A stretch of DNA of 64,000 bases from Octopus vulgaris (taxonomy: Eukaryota). A program made the translations under genes and the position numbers. The DNA lies in the NCBI GenBank assembly GCA_951406725.2, contig OX597831.1:12276001-12340000 (forward strand). The letters are read 5' to 3'. Under the pieces are notes generated by a model, which saw only the letters and a list, made by a program, of their open reading frames with translations, searched no databases and was not told the DNA's origin. This document shows, piece by piece, positions 12,839-26,071 of this stretch. Each line of letters starts with the position of its first letter. Position 1 is the stretch's first letter.

Positions 12839-14019
12839 TAATACTGGAAACCAGCATTTCTCAAAACCTAGATTACTAATTGAAGCAAATAAATTAATCA
12901 TTGGTCACATGACGTCTTCATTTTAAAATCCAGCACAAGTTGAAGTTGTTGCCATATAAATATATCTGCGATTCCTTATTTGTTCTTGAAGATTTAAAAC
13001 CTTCTAACTAATTAGATTGCTAACAGATAGGAAATAAAATAATTCCTGACTTCTTAAGTTAAATAGGAATTGATAATGATATCTTCCTGCACCTAAAACT
13101 TTTAAGTGTCTAAAACACTTTTGATTGTAACCTGCTTCAGATAACACCTGCTTTAAAGTGTAAAAACATTCAGTGATAATTTTATGTGACAATCTTGAGT
13201 TTAATTTATGTCCAAACGGCAGATTTTTAATGAGAAAGAAAATTATTTTACTAAATCCCTTCAAATTCTCCATCATTTTCAAAATTAATTGAAATACAAA
13301 TGCAGTGTATTCCACAAGAAAGATAATCATAAAAGAATTGAGCTGTCTTGTTCCTGCACAATTTATACAGATATAAAGAAAGTATTATACCTTACACGCT
13401 CTGAACATGAACAACATGCATCTGTGACCCTTAAATCAAGTCTGTTGCAAATGCTAGATCTCCCCAATACTGAAGTTCTCTCCTAGCTTACTACATAGCC
13501 TCAACATTGCAAAGACTGACTTTTCTCTTTAAGGGCAGGAAATATTCCTTCCCATAAGAACTAACCCTATATTAACCCAAGGATGGGACCCTACATTGAA
13601 GAAAAAGCGTTTTTAATTAGAATTTATTTCATAAAATTATGACAACAAAAAATCAGTTTCTATCGAAGGTTAACAAAAAAAAAAAATATTTAAATCATAT
13701 TAAAAATTTGATTTTCTAGTTTTTATAGAAAGTATTAATATCACCTTAAAAAACCAACCCAAAAGCAAAGCAATAAAACACATTCAAATTATTAACCTAA
13801 TCTTTTATGTTGTAACCTACAGAATATTTCAACTGGTTCACCTTCCAATTCTATGATGCTCTGGTGAAACCTGCAATGGAATACTGCACCAACATCTAGG
13901 ACAGAGATGCTGCTTCACATAAGGGCATCTTAGACTGCATCCCGACCAAAGGTCACTGAAGCTTATTAGCATGAAGTCACACACTCTGTTCTCTGACACA
14001 CAGACGTGATATAATCTCT

Positions 14020-14051
<32 letters not shown>

Positions 14052-14278
14052 TTCTGCATTTTGTGTTGATTCTACAGTAGACTCCACTCTTTGGATTTGA
14101 CTGGTTTTTCCCTACCAACACTCAAACAGTCCTGACTTGTTTTCTTTCCAACCATCAACAAGATTTTGTCCATCTCCATGGACTTCCCTTGAATTCCTTC
14201 CCTGCTCGTCTTTCACAAACAGCTTTAATATCTAACAATTGAGGAACATAAGTTCTTCAAATTTTTCTCTGCAATATA

Positions 14279-14998
14279 GGTGTAGGAGTGGCTGTGTGAT
14301 AAATAGCTTGCTTACCAACCACATGGTTCCGGGTTCAGTCCCACTGCGTGGCACCTTGGGCAAGTGTCTTCTACTATAGCCTGCAGCCGACCAAGGCCTT
14401 GTGAGTGGATTTGGTAGACAGAAACTGAAAGAAGCCCATCGTATATATGTATATATATATATATATGTGGAGGTGCAATGGCCCCTTGGTTAGGGCAGCA
14501 GACTCGCGGTTATAGGATCATGGTTTCGATTTCTAGACCGGGCGTTGTGAGTGTTTATTGAGCGAAAGCACCTAAAGCTCCACGAGACTCCGGCAGGGAT
14601 GGTGGTGATCTCTGCTGTACTCTTTCACCACAACTTTCTTTCACTCTTTCTTCTGTTGGCCTGCTCACTTAGCCAGCGGAGTGGCGTCATTTGAAGGCTA
14701 AAACAATGCAAAGCACATTGTGACCAGCGATGTGTAACAACATCTGATAGCCTGGTCGGTCACGGTGATATATATATATATGTGTGTGTGTGTGAGTGTG
14801 TGTCTGTGTTTGTCCCCCCCAACATCGCTTGACAACTGATGCTGGTGTGTTTACGTCCCCGTAACTTAGCGGTTTGGCAAAAGAGACCGATAGAATAAGT
14901 ACTAGGCATACAAAGAATAAGTCCTGGGGTTGATTTGCTTGACTAAAGGCGGTGCTCCAGCATGGCCGTAGTCAAATGACTGAAACAAGTAAAAGAAA
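14279..14998 (+). mobile_element. Same SINE family with a second SINE nested in its (AT)n tract
   Basis: Collinear with 12429-12838 apart from a ~300-bp insert at 14469-14770. Confidence 0.88.
14469..14770 (+). mobile_element. tRNA-derived SINE of a second family (OK-like), nested
   Basis: tRNA-like head GGAGGTGCAATGGCCCCTTGGTTAGGGCAGCAGACTCGCGG...GGTTTCGATTTC. Related copies at 37394-37640 (+) and 48046-48320 (-). Confidence 0.8.
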
Positions 14999-16285
14999 AA
15001 TTTTGAAAAGAACATGTTGCTACATATTAGACGTGTTGTATTATGAAAGCCAATAAATAAGCCCCCCACTTGTCTGTTTGTTTACATTCTGTCTTTCCTC
15101 CTAAATTTTTCATCACACCAACACTATACCCATCGGTCTGTCAACAAATTTCACTCATAAAGAATGAGTTGGCCCATGGCTAAAGTTGAAGACAATTGTT
15201 TAAGGTGCCATCAAGTAAGACTAAACCAGAGACAATGTGATATCAATGAGAACTTGTTAAATACATAGATCCCTGTGCCGGTGGCACGTAAAAAGCACCA
15301 ACCAATCGTGGCCATTGCCAGCTTCACCTGGCACCTGTACTGGTGGCACGTAAAAAGCACCCACTACACTCACGGAGTGGTTGGCGTTAGGAAGGGCATC
15401 AAGTTGTAGAAACACTGCCAGATCAGACTGGGCCTGGTGCAGCCTTCTGGCTTCCAGACCCCAGTCAAACCGTCCAACCCATGCTAGCATGAAAAACGGA
15501 CGTTAAACGATAATGATGGTGATGATGATTGTCTTCACCCATGATGTATTGGCCAATTACTTCACACAACTTTGGGAATTATCATTTAGCTGAAAACATC
15601 GTTTTTGTATTTGTCTGTTATATAAACTATTATGTAGACAGTTGTTGTTTAACCCCAGGCTAGCCTAGATTGAGCAGACTTGTGATCAAAGAAGCTGCAG
15701 CCATTACCATACTGTGTTTTTGTATATCAGAGACATTTTTGTGTTCTTTGTTTAATATGGTAGGAAGTGGCTTAAAGGGAAATTTTGCTGCCTTGCCTAG
15801 CAGATTGTCCAGACACATAGAAGATTGTTAACTATCAACATTGTTGCTGTTTAGCTCCAGGTTAGTGATAATCAATTGGACTTGGAAGATATATGATATT
15901 CCAGCCTTGGCTATCTTTAATTTTTATTTGGATGTTGTGTGTGTGTGTGTAAAAATTTGTAATGCAATGTATAGATTCATAGAATCCTGCGATGATCACA
16001 GACAGTTTCTCTTGTCAACCTGGCTACCATACCAGAGTTGAAGCATTGGTATAACCATACTGTTCTGGTGATCTGAAGAGCTAACCTTCTATATCTGCAT
16101 TGATTTGTATATGTGCAATTCTACTGTGCAATGTGTAGCATGCATATTGGTGCAGGCATGTAAAATAAATTATTATACACTGAAATTATTATGACATGTT
16201 GAAGGTTGTAAAATGGAAGAAATCCTACAGATATCAAGTGGTTAGATATATTCACCTCTCATACCACCTGACCTTTTTTTATTGC

Positions 16286-16316
<31 letters not shown>

Positions 16317-16381
16317 TATATATACATATATATATACTATACATGGAAACTGAAAAAAGCCCATCATATACATGTTTGATG

Positions 16382-16417
<36 letters not shown>

Positions 16418-16725
16418 ATGTGTGTAAATGTGTGTTTGTCTTGTCTTTTTTGTTTATCCCTACCAGTGTTTGACAACCAGTGAGGGTTTGTTTACATCCC
16501 TGTAACTTACTAGTTTAGCAAAAAGCGACTGATAAAATAAGTACGGACATCCATTTGTTCGAGTAAACCTTTCAAGGAAGTGCCTCAGTATGGCTGCAGT
16601 CCAATGATTGAAACAAGTAAAAAAACAAATGTAAAAAATAAAAACAAAATAAAAGCCAAAAAGAAATACATTATCCTGTTACTGTGTAGATCTGATGAAA
16701 ATATGTGAATACAATACACAGTATA

Positions 16726-16757
<32 letters not shown>

Positions 16758-17443
16758 TTATATATATATGCCCACCCACATGCACACTATAATGATAAAT
16801 CATAAAACCCTCGTGAATAATTTTTCTACAAGATTTGATTGCAAAAGAAGCATTGCTTTTATTGTTAAAAGAAATTTCTAAAGACCAGTTTCAAACTGAA
16901 ATCAATAGATCAATACTGTTAACAAGTCCAGCTTTAGTTCCTATGAGATCAAAGATAATTTATATTGAATAACTCTTTAGTGATGTTATTCTATTGACTG
17001 TCAATCACAACTAACTTCAGAGAGTTATTTTTTCATTGTTAATTGAAAGAATATTCTTGATGTCTCAAAGATTTTTTTTTATATAAAATCAATTGATATT
17101 GTTTATGTTGCTTAATTCAGCCCTGACTGAGCTAAACCTACGATCAAAGATATTTCAGCTGTGATCATCCCCGTTTATTCCTATCATAATGTACTATGGA
17201 CTGCTAATATCTTAGGCATCCCATTTTGTTTTTGTTTTTTGTTTTTTTGTTTATAAAGATGACAATGTATGAAAATTTGAGGAAAATTTGGCTGCTATTT
17301 CTAACATGTTGAATGACCACATAGAGGATCCTCCATTGGTCCATGACAACAATTGTATCATTTTAGCTTTAGTTTGCTTAATTAAGAAAAAGCAGATGTA
17401 AGAATGTTGGCAAAGGTGAGGTAGTACTTTATCCAAGACATAT

Positions 17444-18707
17444 ATAAATACACGAACACATTATAAGTATGGGTATAGCTGTGCGGTTAAGAAGTCTGCT
17501 TCTGAATCACATGGTCTCAGGTTCACTCCCACTGCATGGTACCTTAGGCAAGTGTCTTCTTTTATAGCCACAGGCTAAATCATGAACAAATTTAGCAGAC
17601 AGAAACTGAAAGTATCCCATCATGTGAGTGAGTGAGTGAGTGAGTGAGTGAGTGAGTGAGTGGGTGGGTGGGTGGGTTTGTGAGTGAGTGATTGAGTGAG
17701 TGTGAGTGTGTGTGTGTGTGTGTGTGCATTACTGTCTCCTTGCTTGAACTTCATGTGATAAAGTACTACTTCACTTTATATTGAACCTGATGACAATTTT
17801 TGGCTCACACACACAAACATACAAACACAGGAAGACAAATACAAAGACATAGGCACACAAAAGATGACATACATAGATCTGTATCATACATTCACCCAAT
17901 ATAAATATATTTTATTTTCTTAAACCCAAGATTAATTTCAGAGTAATATTTCAAATTTATATTTCCAATTCCACATAGAAATGCCAGATTCTCTTCAAGA
18001 AAGTATGGATATGAAAGTGGAATATTCTATTTCTGACAAGTCAATTTGGAAAATGGAGCCAGATAATAAAGCTGTTGGCAAGTTAATTATTATCAAATGA
18101 AATTGTAACACACAAGAAGCAGAAAGTTAACAAAATCGGAAGTGATCTATGGAGTATTCATTGATTTTCTGTCAGGTTCTACATTAAGGAGTTCACTTCG
18201 TTTCTGTTTTGTTTTAGTAAATATTTCTATGTGCAAACGAAGATAATCTTAAGCTGATAAATATCAATTTATTCTTTTAGTGGTTTCAGTCATTGGACAT
18301 CAGCCATGCTGGCATGATGCCTTCGAGGGATTTACTTGATCACATTGGCCCCAGAACCTATTACAATCTGGTGCTGCTCATTTTATCAATCTCTATTTAT
18401 AAAATGGCTTGGTTAAGTTTTTTTTCTTTCTTGAGATTAAAGGAGATAACTTCACACACCAATTTGCACAGGTAAACGGAAGCATAAATACACGAACACA
18501 TTATAAGTATGGGTATAGCTGTGAGGTTAAGAAGTTTGCTTCTGAATCACATGGTCTCAGGTTCACTCCCACTGCATGGTACCTTAGGCAAGTGTCTTCT
18601 TGTATAGCCTCAGGCTACGAATCATGAACAGATTTAACAGACAGAAACTGAAAGAATCCCATCATGTGTGTGTACATTACTATCTCTTCGCTTGAACTTT
18701 ATGTGAC
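17444..18707 (+). repeat. Local direct duplication (17444-17758 and 18484-18707) flanking ~725 bp of unrelated sequence
   Basis: Both copies start ATAAATACACGAACACATTATAAGTATGGGTATAGCTGTG (non-SINE flank plus the same diverged SINE). Only the second continues into the SINE 3' part. Confidence 0.9.
17979..18077 (+). pseudogene. Orphan exon-like fragment MPDSLQESMDMKVEYSISDKSIWKMEPDNKAV
   Basis: Acceptor TTTCCAATTCCACATAG and GCAAGT donor-like site. The peptide resembles, from memory, N-terminal leaders of octopus C2H2 zinc-finger proteins. No zinc-finger exon is present in the window. Confidence 0.4.
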
Positions 18708-19801
18708 AGATGTAAACCATCATGCAAGCAGTATTCTTCTTTCCCAGTCTTCAATGCAAACAATGTCCGATAACAGAGAATATTACCTTATTTGGAAACT
18801 GGTGAGGGTTGGTGATAGGAAGGGTATCCAGCTGTAGAAAATCCACCTCAACAAATTCCATCTGACCCATGCAAGCATGGAAAAGTGGACGTTAAGATGG
18901 TAGTGATAATGATATGCTCTAAATAATGTATTGAGTGTTCTTTTATTTTGTTTCTTCTAGCTCGTGTGTGTGTGTGTGTGTGCAATCATAGTGCTGCAAC
19001 AAACTTATCCAAATATTGAAATTCACAAATTAAACTTTTGCTGAAACTGTAGCTACTTTATAAATGCGGTTGCTCTTCTTAATTCCAACAACAACTCATA
19101 GTTAGATGGTAGGTGGTACCATTTTTTAAAATAAGACAAATTTATGTGCCATGAGAAAAGGTGACTTATTGACATTTTACAAGAGCAAATTTTCATTTCT
19201 TTAAAGAAATCTCTTGTCTGAAATTCTTACCACACTTGGAATTATTTTATTGCACAAATTTGATTAACTACCTTTGAGCTAACACAGAACAACACTAGTT
19301 TTGTCTGACACCAGTCTTTGTTGCTTGTGTAGTTATTGTAAGTAGACTGGGAAATGTTAAAGTAAACTCTATTTATCTAAGGATTCAGGGAAATGACCAC
19401 TCGTTGAGTTGGAATTCATTCAAGATTATTTGTATTGTCGGAAATTACAAGACAAGTCATGTATTTAAATAATGTCATGCAATAGTTCTGTTAATGCAAT
19501 AGAATTGTGGTTAACTGATTCAATACAATAGATTTAGTATAATAAATATGCTATGATAAAGTCTGGTCAGAGATTACATGCCAAACACTGTCCTGCAGTG
19601 TTTGTGGGTTGTGATATTCTAGTTATGTTACTGACATTGGAACCCTTTTATTGACATCTAATTACTGAAAACTGAGCCAATGAACAAGCGGTTATGTAGA
19701 CATTTGATCAGCTAGAAATAATAACCAAATCTTCCTTACATCATACTCAACCATCTTAGAAAATAATGGACACATTGGAAAATGGTCCCTGGTAAATTGT
19801 A

Positions 19802-20024
19802 TACTCTTTACACTCTCTTTTTACTCTTTTACTTGTTTCAGTCATTTGACTGTGGCCATGCTGGAGCACCACCTTTAGTCGAGCAAATCAACCCCAGGAC
19901 TTATTCTTTGTAAGCCTAGTACTTATTCTATCGGCCTTTTTTGCCGAACTGCTAAGTTACAGGGATGTAAACACACCAGCATCAGTTGTCAAGCAATGTT
20001 GGGGAGACAAACATATACACACAC

Positions 20025-20069
<45 letters not shown>

Positions 20070-20231
20070 TACAACGGGCTTCTTTCAGCTTCCGTCTACC
20101 AAATCCACTCCCAAGGCTTTGGTTGGCCCAAGGCTATAGTAGAAGACACTTTCTTGAAGGTACCACAGAGTGGGACTGAACCCGGAACCATGTGGTTGGT
20201 AAGCAAGCTACTTACCACACAGCCACTCCTA
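19802..20231 (-). mobile_element. Full-length OR-type SINE, reverse orientation
   Basis: Reverse complement of 12429-12838. Further copies at about 40140-40425, 50710-51066 and 53001-53390 (-), and 26935-27245 (+). Confidence 0.88.
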
Positions 20232-20363
20232 CGTAAATGGAGATAATAAGAGTTGCTCATGGGTGAAGTGCCTTTGATCTCAATGGTTTGGTCAATCAGG
20301 TTTGAATTGAAACTAAGCTGCTAAAAGTACTGAAATGACGCTGCTGTCATTTAATCCTCCTCG

Positions 20364-20415
20364 TTATGGTCATAGTGGGGGGATATTCTTAAAGATATCC
20401 TAATTATGACCATAA
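20364..20415. repeat. 52-bp imperfect hairpin
   Basis: TTATGGTCATA / TATGACCATAA (11 bp perfect) plus GGATAT / ATATCC and TCTT / AAGA. Confidence 0.85.
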
Positions 20416-21930
20416 GCAAAAAGTAAATAAAAATATGGGGTGTAGATCTTAAAGATTGAGTTTATTTGCAGAAGGGTATTAAATATGCACGCTTTGTTTT
20501 AATCACATCTCGTTTTGCTAATACTTAAATTACTTTGATATAAGGACTGCATTTCTGAGCATGTATATACACCAAAATGCACTTAAGCAAAGAAAGCTTG
20601 GTGTCAATGAGCCAAGTGGAAGTAAGAATAAACATCTATATTTTAATGGAATCACAGTTGAATATTAACCATTACCGAGAGAGGAGATGCTGGAATTCAT
20701 TTCATAATTGACTAAAATAGTCTGTAAACAGAAAGCAATTAGTTAACTTTGGATTTCTTAACAAACTTAGAAAGATGGAAATTTCAGCTCACACTAAGAA
20801 AACTCTGACCTGGCAGGTTCAAGATTTTGATAATTTTTCATGTTTCATGAATAATAGGATTAGCAAAAGTAGGTAAGATCTTAAAGGAAACAAGCATAAA
20901 AAAATCTGCTCCAATGAATTTCATCTGAGACCCATTCAAGCAATGAAAAATGGATTTTAAAACAATGATGATGATGGAAAAGTAAATCTGAAAAGAAAAA
21001 AAAAAAAAAACAAAAAAAAGGAATAACTGCACCAAAAGAAAACCATAATGTTTGGAATGGATTAACAAAGGACCATAAAATAAAATGAATATATCTGAGA
21101 TTCGTGTTTTAGATGTTTTATTTCTAGTAACTGATATAAAATAAAGATTAATAGATATTATAGATATATGTAGAGAGAATAGCATGAATAAATGTATGTA
21201 ACTCAGCAAATACCAATTCTGTAAACAATTGCTGAAATGTTTGAAGAAAGCTGTGTACAAATAACAGAATGTCAATCTTAAAAACTAAAATTATTCTCTA
21301 TAAATATCTCGGTGTCATTAACCAATGTGAGAACTTTTATAGAGTTTATCAACCGCTAGAAATGACAGTGAAAACACCCCTCAAATGACACCCTACTATC
21401 TTGGAAAGAGAAGTAAACATTAGACAGTATAGTCCTAGATAGGCAATGCTTGATAAACTGACAGGATGATTGTGGTTAGAGTTCCTTTTGATCAACAGAG
21501 CAGATTAATCAGGTCAGGCCTGGGTCTAAATAATAACGATATGTTATGTGTCCAAGATTTGTTGGGAAAATATTTTATCAAGAGATTCCTCATTGTCATT
21601 TTTAATGTCCATCTTCCCATGGTTGCAGTGTTTGTATGGAAATCAATGAGTTAGATTTTCATTTTCTACGGTTGGATGCCCATACAATCACCAGCCCTCA
21701 TCTGTTTCCGAGCAAAGTAATATTTCCCCATGGCCAGATACATTTTTGATTAAAGATTGGAAACAAATAATAGCACCACTTGTAAGTCAGTGACGCTCGT
21801 TTACTATCATCATGGGATGTCAAGACAAGCAGACCCCACCCCCACACACGCATACATACATACACACACACACATCCATACATACATACATCCATCCATC
21901 CATACATACATACATACATACATACATACA

Positions 21931-21966
<36 letters not shown>

Positions 21967-22441
21967 TATATATAATATGTGAGGTTTTGGTACCAGAAGT
22001 CCCAGGAGGCAGGTAAGGCTATGTAAGTGCTACACAAGGACCGCTATTAGACTCCTGGTTCAATAATAGTGTGAGAGAGGAGTCTTAGGTGGGTCATGTG
22101 TGAGTATGTATAGGTTAAATAAAATGAGACAACCAAATCATGGCATTGTGAAATTTCTGGGACACTTATAAAGAGAAAGTTGTTCTTACAATTGTTCCAA
22201 AGATATAAAGGATATCCCATAATCAGAGACGATATGGGAGATTTACAAAGAAGGAATTAATAGAATTCAATATAAGAAGTTATTTTGGAAAGGGAGAGAT
22301 ATTGGAAGTATAAAGGGAAATATGGGAATAAAAATAAAAATATATGTTGGATGTTACAGTTGGAATTTAGAAGACAAGAAGCCTTTTTACCCATTCTACA
22401 CAGCACTTTCCTTGGATAATGGATCTGCAACTGTAACAGCG

Positions 22442-22500
22442 GAATTGAGTGAGACCTAGAATTCCTTATGATCATAGGAGTTCTAGGTCTCACTCAATTC
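22442..22500. repeat. 59-bp near-perfect palindrome
   Basis: GAATTGAGTGAGACCTAGAA-TTCCTTATGATCATAGGAG-TTCTAGGTCTCACTCAATTC, with 20-bp perfect outer arms. Confidence 0.95.
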
Positions 22501-22862
22501 TGATGATCCTGTTTGGCTGCCATTTTTAGCAGAGCAAAGAAGCTTGGCTAGAAAAAGCTGTCCAGCTGTTTTTTGCCATTCATTGTGTTATATGCTTGGA
22601 CTGTTGAATCATTAATATATGATAGTTACATTTCTGTCCAGTAGGAGCCTAAAATAGAACTGAGGTGTCAAAAACCACACACACACACACACGTATATGA
22701 GGGACTTCTTCTTTCAGTCTCTATCCACCGAATCCAAGGCTTTGGTCAGCTTGAGGCTATAATAGAAGACACTTGCCCAAGGTAGCATGCAGTGAAACTG
22801 AACCGAAAACCATGTGGTTTGGAATGCGACTTCTTACCACACAACCACACTTGTGCATATTT

Positions 22863-22924
<62 letters not shown>

Positions 22925-22928
<4 letters not shown>

Positions 22929-23600
22929 TCATCATCATCGTTTAACGTCCGTTCTCCATGCTAGCATGGGTTGGACGGTTCGACCGGGGTTCTGGGAAGC
23001 CAGAAGGCTGCACCAGGCTCCAGTCTAATCTGGCAATGTTTCTACAGCTGGATGCCCTTCCTAACGCCAACCACTCCGTGAGTGTAGTGGGTGCTTTTTA
23101 CGTGCCACCTGCACAGGTGCCAGGCGAGGCTGGCAACGGCCACGGTCAGATTGGTGTATTTTATGTGCCACCGGCACGGAAGCCAGTCGAGGCGGTGCTG
23201 GCATCGGCCACGAGTCGGATAGTGCTTTTTACGTACCACCAGACCAGGGATCCTGGCTGGTTCAATTCGATTTCGATTTCGCTTGCCCCAACATGTCTTC
23301 ACAAGCAAAGGGGGTTGGCATGGGTGCCTGTCGTACGGTCGCATTGGAGTATTTTACGTGCCACGGCCACGAGTCGGATAGTGCTTTTTACGTACCACCA
23401 GACCAGGGATCCTGGCTGGTTCAATTCGATTTCGATTTCGCTTGCCCCAACATGTCTTCACAAGCAAAGGGGGTTGGCATGGGTGCCTGTCGTACGGTCG
23501 CATTGGAGTATTTTACGTGCCACGGCCACGAGTCGGATAGTGCTTTTTACGTACCACCAGGCCAGGGATCCTGGCTGGTTCAATTCGGTTTCGATTTCGA
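22925..23600 (-). mobile_element. Modular retroposon with (GAT)n tail and repeated GGCACGTAAAAAGCAC modules, here with a 159-bp tandem amplification
   Basis: Shared 3' body GGCGTTAGGAAGGGCATCCAGCTGTAGAAAC...GGACGTTAAACGATGATG. Other copies at ~4050-4395, 4417-4740, 39113-39370 and 45261-45570 (-), and 15265-15530 and 57140-57350 (+). Confidence 0.85.
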
Positions 23601-24852
23601 TATATATATATATATACATATATATACATATAGGTGTGTGTGTGTGTGTGTGTGATATTTAGTAGTTTTAATCAACTGGTTGAAAACTATAGAAGCATTT
23701 CTGGAGAGGGTGACTGTATACAAACTAGAGTGAAATATATTATCAACAGTGATTTGACTGAGACCTCAGGTTTCATCCTCAATAGTTTATTCACCATGAA
23801 TATGTGAATAAGCCATTCAGAGCAAAGCCTAAGGTCCCACTCTAATCTATACTCTGCACCATTGTTTTAACATCTACTTCTGCATGCTAGCAGGGTTCAG
23901 GAGGAAACTTATAGGACAGATTTTCCAATTCTTTCCCATCACTAATACCTGTTTCCAAGCAAGGTAATATTTTCTTGTGGCTCAACATGTTTTCATGGAA
24001 GATTAAACATGAATGACACAGATTCTATGATGGCGACACTGCATCATTGGACAGTGGCCATGCTGGGGCAATGCCATGAAGAATTTTTGGTCAAATGAAT
24101 TGACTCCTGTACTTATTTTTAAAGCCTGGTACTCACTCTGTTAGTCTTTTTTAAAAATCTTTTTGCCAAACTATTAAGTTATAGGGATGTAAAAATACCA
24201 ACACCAGCTGTCATGTGGTGGTGGGGGACAGATACAAAGACACACACATATATACGATGGGCTTCTTTCAGTTTCCATCCACCAAATCCACTCACAAGGT
24301 TTTGCTTGGCCTGAGGCTAGAGTAGAAATGTGCTGAAGATGGCACATAGTGGGACTGAACCAGATGGGAAGCAAACAAATTATCATACTGCCATGCATAC
24401 ACAATATCATGACAAGGGTACACAATGGGCTTCTTTCAGTTTCCATTTACCAATTTCACTCACACAGATTTTTTGGTTTTACTTTAGCCCAAAGGTGTAG
24501 TGGAAGACACTTGCAAGAGGTGCCAACACAATGGGACAAAACCCAAAACAACATGGTTGATAAGTAAACTTCTTACTTCCTTCTCACAAGACAGTAGGAT
24601 ATTGGATATTTAATTGCTATTTCTAGGAGATCAAACAAACAATAAAGCCTTCTTCATTGGCTTGTCTTCTTAAAGTGGAAACAACAAAAGTAAAACACCT
24701 CCACTTCCACAGCAAAAGAAATAGAATAACATAAGTACTAAATCTTATTGCGCAATGTTTGAATAAGAATACTCTATTATCTTTCAGACTTTATCTAAAT
24801 ATAACTTTATTTTATTGCTATATTACTGATCTAATTCCATATATATATATAT

Positions 24853-24920
<68 letters not shown>

Positions 24921-25046
24921 AGAGAGAGAGAGAGAGAGAGAGGACAGAGACAAACACACACATACATACTAATTGCTATTATAAGTCAGAAGTGAAACTG
25001 TATTACTATGTCTACATCAAAGAAGATTTAATAATTTCAGAGTTAA

Positions 25047-25101
<55 letters not shown>

Positions 25102-26071
25102 CAACAATGATTCTAATAATAAACTCCCCAAGAATATCCCTTATAACCAAAGTAACCTTATTTGTTCCATTGAAAATAGATTTTCAGAATGTAAATAAAT
25201 AAATGAATAAAGAAATATTTCAAGCAATCCCACTGTAATATCCTGGTTGCTTTCTGTTGTCTTCTTTTCAGTTTTTGAGTTATATTTAAAATCACTTATT
25301 ATAGCTGCAAAACTAAATAAATAAACAAACAAGCTAACAAATATTAAGTCACAGTAATAAAACTTAGACCCTTAAATTCTTAATACTACAAAACCATAAA
25401 TGAACAAAAAGGCAAAAAAAAATTAGCAAAAGTAAAAAAAAAAAATAGTAAAAACAAAAAAAAATTTTGTTTTGCTACTTCAAAGAATTTGATGCTAAAT
25501 GCCTTTAAGTGTTTTTGTTTTTAACTATTTTGTTTTAGTTTTATTTTAATGATGCTTCTCCTCTAAGAATGATTTTCTTTTAAAACCACAAAGTAAAATT
25601 CACAAAAAAAAGATTATTTTAGAGCACGCTGCTGAATCCCAGCTTATTGTAATCCTCTCAAATTTTGACACACACACACACACACACACATGTTGATTTC
25701 TGAAAAGTTTACATTTTATGTAAACTGTCCAAAGAAAGATGTGAAGCACTATAATACATCTTGCTGCAGATATATTTGTAAAAGATTCCAAATGGAAAAC
25801 TTCCTGAAATAGTCTGGTGTGTAAAAATATGACAAAAAAATTTAATGGGACAAATACAAAAATACAAAAAAAAAATAAATAAAAATATTTTTTCATTTCA
25901 ATTCAAGAAAATAAAATTGATAGAGTGTTTCATTTCAGCTTGCTGAAATGAAATATTTTGATTTTAAATATAAATATATAAATAAACGAATAAGTGCAGA
26001 TATTTATAGATATTGTCAGTGGATCATATATCCAAAAGAGAAACACACTGTAAACGTAAGAGCAGTAATGC

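Noticed and set aside
13821-13870. AG...GT-bounded segment on the minus strand between the DGK exons
   Set aside because: Not frame-preserving, no DGK similarity, and the two real exons already join without a gap.
14469-14545. tRNA-like sequence (also 37394-37470)
   Set aside because: SINE head without a complete cloverleaf, followed by a SINE body.
22958-23662. 234-aa ORF with an internal repeat
   Set aside because: Antisense reading of a retroposon plus a 159-bp tandem repeat. The same peptide recurs at other copies.
25141-25332. Acceptor-like TTTTGCAG followed by an open stretch (AIISDFKYNSKTEKK...)
   Set aside because: No good donor, no homology, and it would interrupt contiguous C1B sequence.
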